Part shown: piece after piece, positions 1 through 12,344 of the stretch
How positions within the stretch are numbered: the stretch's first letter is position 1
How the letters are laid out: every line of letters begins with the position of its first letter
Made by a program: the position numbers and the translations under genes
The notes under the pieces: generated by a model
What the model was told of the DNA's origin: nothing
What the model saw: only the letters and a program-made list of their open reading frames with translations
The model's database searches: none
Source: Raillietiella orientalis
Lineage: Eukaryota
Assembly (NCBI GenBank): GCA_036172245.1
Contig: JAYWIR010000018.1
Location: forward strand, 3,658,001 to 3,707,362
Reading direction: 5' to 3'
DNA length: 49,362 nt

Positions 1-3000
1 GCGGATCACCGATTTCGTCGTTCTAAGCCGTTGCTGATCCGGCGATGGATACCGGTTAGCTCCTCCGTTGTGTCTTCATATAAGTGTCGCCACCCAGCTG
101 CCGACCTGATGAAGTCAGCTGCCTTCCTGATGACACAACATTGCTGTCCAGTATTCTCCAGCACGTCTCGGATCGTGACGATGGCGCGGATGCAACCAAC
201 AGTGGAAATCGTCGCAGCCATCGAAAGTCCTTGTGTCTGGGAGAACCGTCGCAGCACTTCTCGAGCGGTGTCTCCTGGTGACGGGAGAGCTGCTGCTAGC
301 CTCCTCCACAGTTCCTGCAGGGCACCGCAGTCCATAACAAGGTGCGGGAACGACTCTGTCGCTCCGCACCGGGCACAGTAGGGAGAAGCCACTCCACCGG
401 AAACTCGGTGGCGCCGCTCGTTGTAGCGCAATCCCCAGTGCAAGAAAAGCAAAACGTCTTGCTTCCATGCAAGGGGAAACACCGAACCGTCCAAACACCA
501 GATAGGGACTATAAGTTCTTCGGGGGCAACACCAAGAGCTTCTCCCCACCGAAGAAACCCCTTTGGTGTAGCACGAGGAGTGGCGGCATCCGCAAGCTCG
601 CTCGTGGTCCATTCGCCAACTGGTTTTGTTCTTCCTGCAATGGTGCAGGAGAACTCCCACCTTGCCGGCTGGCTACTGTCATCTCGAGCCTCGAGGGCAG
701 ACAGTGCTTCGGCAAGGGGGGTGGCGGCCAAGGAGGAAAGCTTCACCTCGTCCTGCATGACATCTTGGAGTGACCAAGGCTGGAATCGACGCAGGGGGCG
801 AAGATCTTCACGGCTCATTCCTAAGAATGCAGCCCACGAATCAATGGATTCCTGCTTCCAAGCATTATAGTTCATTGGGCGGCAGGTAATCCACGTACTG
901 GCTTCCAATAGGGTGGCGATTTTCCTCAAAGGATAGCCAAATCCCTGTTTCCTGTGGCGCAAGCCAGGCACCAAAGAAAGTAATCCTTCACTGCCTGCAC
1001 ACCTTCTCAGGAGGATGCGCGCAGGCGCACACAGGGGGGAAGTCCATAGCTCGGCACAAAGTGCGAGCATCCAGAACTGCACTTGCAGTCCGATTCTCTC
1101 CATCGTCAGGATGCCAAGCCCAGCATCCCGACGTGGAGCAGTGAGGTCTTTCAGGCGGATCCTGGATCGCGCCGGACCCCAGAGAGCGTTCCTTAGCAGG
1201 CGTTTTGCCCGCTCTTTTACCGCATAGGGGGGTCCAAGACAAAAAAGAGGGGTCAGGGGAGGGGGGCCACGAAGGTGTTCCAAATAGCCGCCCGTTCCGG
1301 CAAGGTGAACTTGCCGTTAATGAACGGGCTGGCGGCCAACTCGGCCTTATGAAGGCAGTCCGACCACGCCTCGGCAGCGCCGAGGTCGCCCAACGGAACG
1401 CCAAGGTACTTGAAGTACCCCGCCGTGGGGATCCCCAGGCGGATCCAGTCGGACTGCCCCTCCAACGACGCACCCACAGGAACGACCACGCTCTTCTCTC
1501 TGTTCACGCTCACGCCCGCTCCCCGACGAATCAGGTCGAAGAAATCTTCGACACTGGACGCCGGGGTGGACATGGGGAGCAGAAGAAGCAGGTCATCTGC
1601 ATAGGCAGACACGGCAGGCGTTCCCGGGAAAGAGCTAGGCAGGTATTCCAGCATCAGCCTGTATGCTCTCAGCACCAACTCAAAGAAGATGCTGAAGAGC
1701 AACGGGCTTAAACTGTCACCCTGCCTGATGCCCCTGCGCACGGGAATACCGTACACGTGGCAGCCGCTAAAACAAATGCAAGTTAGCTCGTGGCGCCAGC
1801 ATGCGCGCAAGTACTTGAGGAGTTGAGCCGGGAGACCCAGGCGTTCCAAGAGCTCCAATAGGAGTGCTTGGTTCACGCAATCGAACGCCTTGTGGAGGTC
1901 GACTGCGACCGCCAAGGCACCCGGCGTACCCTCTTGCCGCTTCTGTCGATACCGTGTGCCTTTAGCAGTGGCATTTGTCACGGATCGACTTTGCTGCGCT
2001 ACGCGCTCCTGCAGCTGCATCCAGGTGCGTGCAAACAGGAGGTTCGCGTGCATGGATCTCCCGGGAACAGCGTAAGTTCTGCTCCGGGCTCACCAGGAAC
2101 GGCGCGATTCTCCCTAGGCGCGCAACCCACATCTTGGGAAACAACTTGACGTCCGAGTTCACCAAAGTGACCAGACGCCAGTTGTTTAAATGGCGTGCGT
2201 CTCCACCTTTCGGAAGGAGACTCACCCTTGCTGAGCGGAAGGAGTTGGGGACATCCCCCGAAAACCCTCATCAGCGACGAGAGGCTATGCACCAGGGGGA
2301 CGAGCTCCCCCACGAAGCACTGATAAAAATCCACAGGCAGCCCATCCTCGCCTGGCGCTTTTCGTCTCTTGAGCTTCGCTATTGCGGAGGAAATTTCCTC
2401 CTCCGTGAAGGACTCGTCGAGACGTGAGCGTTCCTCTTCGCTAACTACGGCAGCAACCTGGGAAAGCAGTATCTCCGAAAAGATAATTTCCGTTGGTGCT
2501 TCCGCGTATAGCGAGGAGTAATAACTTTTTATTATGCGGCGAATACCGGCTGGTGCCGAGCATTCCAGGCCTTTTTAATCGAGCAGGGAAGATGCTCCTG
2601 ACTGCCAGACCTGGCGCTCGGCTCTCGCCCTGTATTCCGCAAGCCGGCTGACATCCGCGCGTCTCGAAAAGGTGCGCGCCTGCAGGAAAGTCCTGCTGTT
2701 GGCGACCCCTTCTCCAAAGCCTAGCGGAAGCCGGTGCAAGGGAAACCGTTCACAGAACTCGCGGACTGAACTCTTCAAATAATCCCAGTCCGCAAGTTCG
2801 CGGATGACGAAGGTCCGGAGGTGCTGACGGAGATGATCCGCCGCCTCCGGATGGCTAAGCCAATCCGCCGGCATCCTCCAGTTCTTTAACGGAGACCCCT
2901 TGCCTGGAAGAAGGAGCTCAAACTCCAACCTGTGATGGTCAGAGAGAGCAAACGACAATCTTCCTCTTCTTCCCACACGAGGGTACAGGTTTTTATCAAG

Positions 3001-3393
3001 AAAGATGTGATCCGGCGACCTTTCCATCTCAGGTACGCCGACCATCAAGTTGAAAGCGCGTACTGACGCGCACATCTCGATGGCCGACGTGCGCTCCCTC
3101 GGGCAGTTCCAATCGTCAGAGAGCAGGTGGACGTTGAAGTCCTCTGCGACGAGGTGCGCCACTTGGGAGCCGAAGTTATTGAGCCAGTGGCATTTCACTT
3201 CCTCGAAGAGCGCAATTCTTTCTTCGAAGTAGCGAGAGCCACTCAGAGCGTAGATGTTTGTTACGACAAGATCGATGGACTCGGACCACTTGACAACAAG
3301 TTGGCCCACGCGTCCGTCGTCGTCAAAACGAACACTACGTACCGCTTCCGCCATTTTTCCTCTTACGAGGAACGCGACGCCGCACGTGTATGG
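1..3393 (-). mobile_element. LINE B1, 3' part (ORF2); 3' UTR lies left of the window
   Basis: Minus-strand ORF pieces give APE (TCGVAFLVRG..VTNIYA..LSDH), RT (VDLHKAFD, GIRQGDSLSPLLF, YADD) and C-terminal CARC..HLVMDC. The closest relative in the window is the ORF2 starting at 40106. Confidence 0.9.
6..3393 (-). pseudogene. B1 ORF2 (APE-RT-CCHC), N-terminus deleted, several frameshifts
   Basis: Split across ORFs 2575-3582, 1962-2225, 1253-2053 and 6-1283; natural stop at 6-8. Confidence 0.9.
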
Positions 3394-3948
3394 GTCCCGG
3401 TATCGGGAGACAGCTTCATACAGGTAGGGAAGAAAGGAAAGAGGAGGATGCTCGTCAAGGAGCAAGAAACCCCTCTTATCCTGGAAGGTGAAGAGCGAGA
3501 AGGCGAGAAGATGGAGGTAGCGCAAAAAGGCGCGGAAGAACAAATAGCCGAAGCCACTCCGGTGTCGCAGGAAACCCTGCAATCTACTGAAGAGTTGGCA
3601 TCACTGGCTAATGAAGTCCTAGAGGTGCAGAGCGGTAACCAGCAAGAGAAAATCTTGCAGAAGATCTGCAATGCACAGCAGAAGGTCAACCAGGTTGTGG
3701 AGGTCACCCAGCGCGAAAAGCTAGAGGAACAGCTTCTCGACGTAAAGGCGAACTTCTGCGCCAAGGTCGAGATAGAGACGCTATCTCGAAAACTGATCGC
3801 GCGGGCCGAACACTCGACGGAGGAGGCGGAAGTAACCGACCTCACCGGGACAGAGAGTGACGCCGGCAGCGAGAAGCCCGCTGCTTCTTCATTGTCTGGA
3901 AGAGCACGCTCTCTCAGACAGAAGAAGCTCAGGAAGGCCAAGAAATAG
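3394..3948 (+). pseudogene. A1 ORF1 C-terminal fragment
   Basis: Matches the C-terminus of A ORF1 (...ARSLRQKKLRKAKK*) at 8962-9588 and in ORF 19050-20981. Confidence 0.9.
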
Positions 3949-3961
3949 GTCTTCCCCTTTT

Positions 3962-6900
3962 ATGGCCTCTTCCCTATCGACCGCCAGGAGGCTGAACATC
4001 GCCTCCTGGAATGTAAACGGTATGGTCGACCAGGGAAAAAGAAAAAGGATTGTGCGGACCATCGCACAACAAGACATAGTATGCCTGCAGGAGACCCACA
4101 AGATGGGTCTCGAGATTAGTCAGCAAATGGAACGGCGATTCAACGGGCAGATTTTCGTCAGCGAGGGAGAACGGAACACGCAGGGTGTGGCGGTCCTAAT
4201 CAAGAACAACTTGGCCCCCACTATTCTGGAAGTGTTCTGTCCCCAACCCGGACGAATCATCGGCGTGCGACTGGCCTGGTCCGCTACTGTTCACCTCATC
4301 CTGGTGAACGTGTACGGGCTGCACAGGCTAAAACATCGTTGTGCGGAGGCGCTGCATGCAGCACTCCGTGAAAAGGTTGCTTCCAAGGACGTCGTGATTG
4401 TTGCTGGCGATCTCAACATATTGAATGAGATCACTCACCCCGAAGACGCCAGAGGAAGAACGGCGTATCGGCGGTTATCCGACGAGTTCGGACTGGTGTG
4501 GCGAACTGAAAGTCACAAGCTGATCGATCACCTCCTGCACAGCACTGAACTTGGAAATCGCATCCAGGGTTTTCAAGACATTATGACCACGGTGTCCGAC
4601 CACCCCCTGGTGCGGTTTTCCCTAAGAACGGAGAATCCTCGGCGGAGGCAAGGCACCAGGGCGGCGCTCATCAGCATGCCCGCCTGGTTCGAAACCCATC
4701 CCGGACATCAGGCTGTCCTGGAGACGATTCTGAAGGCAACAACAATCCGAAGAGTCGCCGACTGGGACAGGCTGAAACACAGGATACACCTGTTTGCAAA
4801 CATGCAGTTCGGAGATAGGCGATTGAGGCAGGAGGCGTACCGGGAGCTGAAAATCAGAGATCGCTCACTCTCAAAGTACTTCGATCAGTACGAGAGTCGG
4901 TACGTCTTCAAGAACATAAGAGGGGAAGTCGGCGTGCTGGAGAAGAGAAATCAGGCAGCAGATATCTTCTGCATCCAGTACGATGGTCAAAAGCGACAGT
5001 CGTCTGAGGACATCGTGGATGCCTTTCAAAGGCATTACACGAAACACTTTAGGCGACAACATCTCTGTCGCTCTAGTCAACAGGCCTTTCTGAGCTACCT
5101 GGAGAAGAGGACCGACGATCGCCAGCGGAACAGACTGGAGGAGGAATTCTCCGAAGACGAGGTGAAGACTGCGTTTGGTCAACTACGCAAGGACGTGGCA
5201 GCGGGCCCTGACAGCGTACCCATCACTCACTATCACCGGTACCTGCATGCCTACCTGCGTTTGTTCCACCAGTTGACCCTCTGCATCCGTGAAGAAGGAA
5301 GACTTCCACAGTCCTTCTACGAGGGTCGGATGAGATTGATGCCAAAAAGAGGCGACCTCACGCAGGTCGCTCAATGGAGGCCAATCTCGATCCTGAACTC
5401 GGATGCCAAGTGGTTGGCGAAGATCTGGTCCAACCGCTTAGGCAAGGTCATATCGAGGCTCATATCTCCGGTACAAACGTGTGCAGTCCCTGGACGTTAC
5501 ATGTCCGACAATGTCAAGTGTGCCCAGGCCACTGTCGGACTCAGCCGATACGTCGGCGAGAATCTGGCGATGGTTACTGACATGGAGAAGGCTTTCGACT
5601 CCATCGACCATGGGATGCTGCTGAAGGTTCTGGAGAAGCTAGGCCTCCGGAACACTTCAGCAACTTCGTGAGGGTGGTACTCCAGAACCAGTACTGCCGT
5701 ATCAAGATCAACGGCCAGGAGACAGCAGCAATCAAGATGGAACGGGGAGTCCGGCAGGGCGACTCGCTAAGTCCGATGCTGTTCGTCATCTATATGGAGG
5801 CGTTGTCGTCCTTTATCGAGAAGAGCGGACGACTAAGCGGGATTACCATCGATAGCCAGCGTCTTACCCATCTGGCATACGCCGATGATCTACTCTTCTT
5901 CATCAAGGGAGAGAAAAATCAGCGTGCGTTTCTGGATGTGGTGGACCTGATGGAACAGGGCTTGGGCTTAAAAATCAATTCCCAGAAGAGCCAGCTTTTG
6001 CCCGTCGGAATCCTGGATCTCTCCACTCTAACGGGTAGTGGATTCCGTACGGTGGACACGGCCAAGTACCTGGGAGTCTACATCGGCGACGGCTCTGCGT
6101 CGAAGCTGCTGTGGAAGGAAATCCTGGGGAAAACGGCCAAGGAAGCAGCCAAGTACACCCGAACGGACCTTGGAATGAAGCGAAAGGCCAACATATGGAA
6201 CGGAGTACTCCTTCCAAAAGTGCTCTTCGGGGCGGCCTTCGCGAGGATGAACAAGGAAACCACGAGGGAGTTCGACAAGCTGCAGAGAAAAACACTGTGG
6301 GGCCACTATCGCCCAAGAGTCCGACTAAAACCCCTGTGTCGTCCCAGGGAAGAAGGCGGTTCCGGGATGAAGTCGCTTGAACACTCCATGGAAATCATGG
6401 ATGCGCGACACATCCTGGACATTGCCACTCACTGGGATGACTGGCCGTATGCGGCGCACAGGGCCTACGCGTTGTTGTTGAACAACTCGAAAGGCCTGAT
6501 GACTGCGCTGCTAGGCCGAGCAGGCGTATGGAAAAAAATCGACCCAACCTGGACGAGGAAGCAACGGCTGGTGCGAAAGCACAAAATCAAGATCGTGCCG
6601 AGAAGTAGGGAACTCTGGCAGGACGAGTTTATCCTGGTGATCCCTTGGATGCTTCCTGTCCCGCCGGATACGAGTAGCTGGATCCACCAGCGGTCCAGAG
6701 TTACCCTTCAACGAATCCAGGAGTGGAAACGTGGAGGGTACCTACATCACACTCGTATACTTAGGTATATAGAGATGATGTTAGGAAGGTTTACCCACAT
6801 GACTCGCGAAGTGTAGTTCAACCACAACGACTTTGCGTGGTTCAGGGTAACCAAAACAAACCTACGAAGACTAATTCAAGAAGAAGACAGTGATATCAGT

Positions 6901-7476
6901 GCCCTCCAGGAAGCCGCCGATCGCCACGGGAGTGACCGGGTCAACCTGTTAGCGATTGGCACGACGCTCTGGAGGAGTGACCTTCCGCCGGGCACCCAGG
7001 ATGACCTCCTGATGTTTTATCATGGAGGAATCCAGAGTGGGTTCGGATTGCAGCACTACACCGGAAGAAGGGAAGATCGAGACTTCACAGCATGTGGAGA
7101 CATCGACACGAGACTTCACGTTTAGACGTGTCCCTTATTGCTGCATGACTGGCTGATCCTGAAAAGGATCATCGGACTCACCACCAGGTCCGTAATGGAG
7201 ATCCTCGCCGGGATGTTTCAGGGGGATGGTAATGTTCCCTGTTACAATCTTATGGTGAGGACGACCATCGCCCTCTTCATCACCGCCACACTTGTGCGGT
7301 GGTGGAAAATGAGGAAAGCCAGAAGAGCCGCACCACCGATGGAGATCCTACAAGGGCTCCTGAAGAGGGAAATCGGCATTAGAAACTGTGGGAAAATCCA
7401 AGCCTGGACGTACCGATTCATCCTGAAGAGGATAGAAGACGACGCCCGGGACCAAACAGTAGGAAACCCACCATGA
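3962..7476 (+). pseudogene. A1 ORF2 (APE-RT-CCHC), disrupted
   Basis: ASWNVNG, CLQET, NVYG, GDLN, SDH (APE); DMEKAFD, GVRQGDSLSP, YADD (RT); CTAC..H..C. Frameshift near 5650; stops at 6814-6816 and near 7122. Confidence 0.92.
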
Positions 7477-7581
7477 GTGCAGAACTTGTGATAACCCAAG
7501 GACTTCATAGTGGTAAAAAAAAAGTGCTAATGGTATGGATGAGATTGTAGTGTGAATGTTTTTATAGAAAAATTTTAGAAA

Positions 7582-7619
7582 AATAAATTTACCCCACCCC
7601 TCGTGGGACTTGGGGAAAA
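7582..7619 (+). terminator. A 3' terminus: AATAAA + GC hairpin + A4
   Basis: aataaa tttacccca cccctcgtggg act tggggaaaa; the same terminus occurs at 12307-12344, 15383-15420(-) and 46832-46868(-). Confidence 0.65.
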
Positions 7620-7631
7620 CTGCCGAGTCGG
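7620..7631 (+). repeat. 12-bp target-site spacer between tandem A1 and A2 (ctgccgagtcgg)
   Basis: Exact reverse complement of the TSD ccgactcggcag that flanks A3 (15371-15382 and 21037-21048). Confidence 0.9.
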
Positions 7632-7800
7632 TGAACTTGCTTCGCGGCTCAAAGTATTGTGCGCTTGACAACTTAACCAGTTAATTGTGCTCGTGTGTGC
7701 CCGGAGAGGGGAAGTTTCCAGACGAAACTACAAAAGAAGCGCCGAGGAGATCGCGGCGGAAGACCTGCAGTGGTCCCGTGCAGCAAGACCAGCTGCCAGG

Positions 7801-9588
7801 ATGCAGGCACCTGGAGGAGGAGTGAAGAGACCGTCGTCCCCCATGGAAGCCATGGAGGTAACGTGCGGCAACGGCGAGGCGGTGGCAGGCATGCCGAGGA
7901 TCGCGCCCGCGGCGGGCTTTGCTGCGCCGGCGGCGGCGATGCCAAGGGTCGTGCCCGCGGCGACGAGGGCGGAGGTCGTGCCCGCGGCGGCGACGCCGAG
8001 GATCGTGCCCGCGGCGGGGAAGGTCGCGCCTGCGGCGGCGATGCCGAGGGTGCCGCCCGCGGCGGCAACGGTGGCGACGTCGAGGGTTGCGCTCGCGGCG
8101 GCGGCGTCCCAGGCAGGACCCGCGGGCGTCCACGCGGTTCAGGGCGAGACGCCATCTTGTTCGGCTGCGGCGGCGCAGCCCTTTTCCTATGCGTCGGTGG
8201 CGGCTGGACAAGCGAGTGTCCACCCACCAAGAAAATTCGGGAAGCCGCTATGCGGTAAAGTCCAAAAGGTGGATCGGCCGATCGTGGAGTTAGGGCCGAA
8301 TGTGAAGCCCATCATTTTCAAGACTGGGCTGATCAAGTTCAATAATATCAGGGAGGTGTATCTGTCCCTCGATAAGACGGATATCAATTTTGATCGCATA
8401 CAGGCGATCATACCAGCAAACAACGGGTTCACAGTCTTCACAGACTGTGAAAATATTAGAGAGCGATTGATCCAGAAGGGGATCAATATACAAGGGAGGA
8501 TGGTTTGTGGTATTGGCGAAATGCCATACACAACCGTCTTTCTGAACGGCATCTCCATCCTCACACCGCAACTAACGGTGTGGAACTTTTTGGAGCAGTA
8601 CGGGGAAGTTCTAGACTTTGAATTCCAGAACTTCTCAGGAAATATATTTTATGGCGAAATGATCGCCAAAATGAAGTTGAAAGAGGCAGCTGTGATCCCT
8701 GGATTAGCCGTTCTTGACGAACAATCCCAGGGAGTGAACGTGCGTTACCGGCAACAACCGATATTCTGCACCGGGTGCAAGTAGTTCGGCAACAGGGCAG
8801 GCGCATGCCCAACGTGTCGTTGTTTCCGCTGCGGCAAAGTAGGACATCAAGTCCGAAACTGCCCGCAGCCGGAGGTTTGCTCCTCCTGCAAGAAACACGA
8901 GCACGCCAAATGGAGCTGTCCGGAGTTTGCAAACTGCAGAAGGATTCGAGGTCTCTCTCCCGTGAGAGAGAGAAACACCAAGGAGGCGGAACAGCCTCAG
9001 AAGGCAGGAAGGCCGAAGAAGGAGAAAGAAGCCGTCCCGGTATCGGAAGACGGCTTCATACAGGTAGGGAAGAAAGGAAAGAGGAGGATGCTCGTCAAGG
9101 AGCAAGAAACCCCTCTTATCCTACAAGGTGAAGAGCAAGAAGGCGAGAAGATGAAGGTAGCGCAGGAAGGCGCGGAAGAAGAAATAGCCGAAGCCACTCC
9201 GGTGTCGCAGGAGGCCCTGCAATCTACGGAGGAGTTGGCACCACTGGCTAATGAAGTTCTAGAGGTGCAGAGCGGTCCCCAGCAAGAGAAAATCTTGCAG
9301 AAGATCTGCAATGCACAGGAGAAGGTCAACCAGGTTGTGAAGGTCACCGAGCGCGAGAAGCTAGAGGGACAGCTTCTCGACATGAAGGCGCACTTCTGCG
9401 CCAAGGTCCAGATAAAAACGCTATCTCGAAAATTGATCGCGCGGGCCGAACACTCGCCGGAGGAGCCGGAAGTGACCGACCTCACCGGAAAGGAGAGTGA
9501 CTCCGGCAGCAAGAAGCCCGCTGCATCTTCGTCGTCTGGAAGAGCACGCTCTCTCAGACAGAAGAAGCTCAGGAAGGCCAAGAAATAG
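7801..9588 (+). pseudogene. A2 ORF1 (Ala/Pro repeats, three CCHC knuckles, acidic coiled-coil-like tail), in-frame stop at 8782-8784
   Basis: ORFs 7687-8784 and 8962-9588 share a frame; CAG>TAG relative to intact A3 ORF1. Confidence 0.88.
7885..8125 (+). repeat. GC-rich coding minisatellite (about 27-bp units, xPAAAxxxV) in A ORF1
   Basis: Repeated gtgcccgcggcg.. units; the equivalent at about 20510-20780(-) has one extra VVPAATTAE unit. Confidence 0.8.
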
Positions 9589-9601
9589 GTCTTCCCCTTT
9601 T

Positions 9602-12200
9602 ATGGCCTCTTCCCTATCGAACACCAAGAGGCTGAACATCGCCTCCTGGAATGTAGACGGTGCTGTCGACCAGGGAAAAAGAAAAAGGATTCTGCGGAAC
9701 ATCGGACAACAAGACATAGAGTTCCTGCAGGAGACCCCAAAGATGGGTCTCGAGATTAGTCAGCAAATTGAACGGCGATTCAACAGGCAGATGTTCGTCA
9801 GCGAGGGAGAACGGAACACGCAGGGTGTGGCGGTACTAATCAAGAACCACTTGGCCCCCACTATTCTGGAAGTGTTGTGTCACCAACCCGGACGAATCAT
9901 CGGCGTGCGACTGGCCTGGTCCGCTACTGTTCACCTCATCCTGGTGAACGTATACGGGCCTCACAGGCTGAAACATCGTTGTGCGGAGGCGCTGCATGCA
10001 GCACTCCGTGAAGAGGTCGCCTCCAAGGACGTCGTGATTGCTGCTGGCGATCTCAACATATTGGATGAGATCACTCATTCCCAAGACGCCAGAGGAAGGA
10101 CGGCGTATCGGCGGCTATCCGACGAGTTCGGACTGGTGTGGCGAACAGCAAGTCACAAGCCGATCGATCACGTCCTCCACAGCACCGAACTAGGGAATCG
10201 CATCCAGGGTTTTCGAGACACATTGACCACTCTGTCCGATCACCCGTTGGTGCGGTTTTCCTTAAGAACGGAGAATCCTCGGAGGAGGCAAGGCACCAAT
10301 GCGGCGCTCTTCAGCATGCCCGCCTGGTTCGAAACCCATCCCGGACATCAGGAGGTCCTGGAGGCGATTCTGAAGGCAACAACAAACCGAAAAGTCGCCG
10401 ACTGGGACAGCCTGAAACACAGGATACACCTGTTTGGAAACATGCAGTTCGGGGACACGAGCTTGAGGCAGGAGGCGTACCGGGAGCTGAACATCCAAGA
10501 TCGCTCACTCTCAAAGTACTTCGATCAGTACGAAAGTCGGTACGTCTTTTAAAGAACATAAAAGGGGAAGTCGGCGTGCTGGATAAGAGAAATCTGGCAA
10601 CAGATATCTTCTGCATCCAGTACGACGGTCAAGTGCGACAGTCGTCCGAAGATATCGTGGATGCCTTTCACATGCATTACACGAATCCCTTCAGGCGACA
10701 ACATGTCTTTTGCTTTAGTCAACAAGCCTTTCTGAGCTATCTCGAGAAGAGGACCGACGACCTCCAGCGGAACAGACTAAACGAGGAATTCTCCGAAGAC
10801 GAGGTGAAGACTGCTTTTGGACAACTGCGTAAGGATGTGGCGGCGGGCCCTGACAGTGTACCTATCACGCACTATCGGCGGTACCTGCATGCCTACGTGC
10901 GTTTGTTTTACCAGTTGACCCTCTGCATCCGCGAAGAAGGAAGACTTCCACAGTCCTTCTACGAGAGTCGGATAAAATTGTTGCCAAAAGGAGGCGACTC
11001 ATGCAGGTTGCTCAATTGAGGCCAATCTCGATCCTGAACTCGGATGCCAAGTGGTTGGCGAAGATCTGGTCCAACCGCTTCGGCAAGTTCATGTCGAGGC
11101 TCATCTCTCCGGTCCAAACGTGTGCAGTCCCTGGACGTCACATGTCGGACAATGTCAAGTGTGCCCAGGCCACCGTCGGACTCAGCCGATACGTCTGCGA
11201 GAACCTGGCGCTGGTGTTCACTGACATGGAGAAGGCTTTCGACTCCATCGACCATGGGTTGCTGCTGAAGGTTCTGGAGAAGCTAGGCCTTCCGGAAGAC
11301 TTCAGCAACTTCGTGAGGGTAGTACTCCAGAACCAGTACTGCCGAATCAAAATCAACGGCCAGGAGACGGCAGCAATTCGGATGGAACTGGGAGTCCGGC
11401 AGGGCGATTCGCTAAGTCCGATGCTGTTCGTCATCTACATGGAGGCGTTGTCGTCCTTCATCGAGAAGAGCGGACGACTGCAAGGCATAACAATCGATGG
11501 CCAGCCTCTTATCCATCTGGCATACGCTGATGATCTACTCTTCTTTATCATGGGAGAGAGAAATCAACGAGCGTTTCTGGATGTGGTAGACCTGATTGAT
11601 CAAGGCCTGGGTCTAAAGATCAACGCCCAGAAAAGCCAGCTCTTGCCCGTTGGAATCCTCGATCTCTCCGCTCTAGCGAAGAGAGGATTCCGAACGGTGG
11701 ACAAGGCCAAGTACCTGGGTGTCTACATTGGCGACGTCTCCGCGTCGAAGCTATTGTGGACCGAGATCCTAGGGAAAACGGCCAAGGAAGCAGCCAAGTA
11801 CACCCGAACGGACCTTGGAATGAAGCGAAAGGCCAACATATGGAACGGAGTACTCCTTTCAAAAGTGGTCTTCGGGGCGGCCTTCGCGAGGATGAACAAG
11901 GACACCACGAGATAGTTCGAAAAGCTGCAACGCAAAACACTGTGGGGCCACTACCGCCCAAGAGTACGTCTCAAACCCCTGTGTCGTCCCAGGGAAGAAG
12001 GCGGTTCCGGGATAAAGTCGCTTGAACACTCCATGGAAATCATGGATACGCGACACTTCCTGGACATGGCCACTCCCTGTTATCTGTTCATAGGGAAATC
12101 GGCATTAGGAATTGCGGAAAAATCCAAGCCTGGACGTTCCGATTCATCCTGAAGAGGATAGAGGACGAGCCCGGGACCAAACATCTGGAAACCCACCATT
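9602..12200 (+). pseudogene. A2 ORF2, frameshifts, stop and about 935-bp deletion near 12076
   Basis: ORFs 9497-10552, 10138-11019 and 11001-11915; sequence jumps from the A1 equivalent of 6430 to 7366. Confidence 0.9.
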
Positions 12201-12344
12201 ATTGCAGAACTTGTGAGAACCCAAGGACTTCATAGTGGTAAAAAAAAAGTTCTAATGGTATGGATGAGATTGTAGTGTGAATGTTTTTATAGAAAAATTT
12301 TAGAAAAATAAATTTACCCCACCCCTCGTGGGACTTGGGGAAAA

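Larger units (their letters stand above)
3394..7619 (+). mobile_element. LINE A copy 1 (A1), 5'-truncated
   Basis: Colinear with A2 from 9034 (gtcccggtatcgg) onward; ends in the family A 3' terminus ...aataaatttaccccacccctcgtgggacttggggaaaa. Confidence 0.92.
7632..12344 (+). mobile_element. LINE A copy 2 (A2), both termini present, internal deletion in ORF2
   Basis: 5' end tgaacttgc matches the A3 5' end at 21036(-); 3' hairpin terminus at 12344. Confidence 0.92.

Noticed and set aside
2575..3948. ORFs 2575-3582(-) and 3127-3948(+) as novel fusion genes
   Set aside because: They are chance read-throughs across the A1/B1 junction, each half sense and half antisense.
7582..7631. Recurring hairpin plus 12-mer as a CRISPR repeat, LTR or bacterial terminator
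   Set aside because: There is no repeat-spacer periodicity and no cas genes; these are LINE 3' ends and a target-site duplication.
7673..8293. Arg-rich and Pro-rich ORFs in several frames (also 20407-21101)
   Set aside because: These are shadow frames of the GC-rich minisatellite, which lacks stops.
6814..8784. RIP or targeted deamination, suggested by CAG>TAG and TGG>TAG/TGA stops
   Set aside because: Transitions are the commonest route to stops anyway, GC and CpG remain high, and no pervasive CpA>TpA excess is visible by eye.
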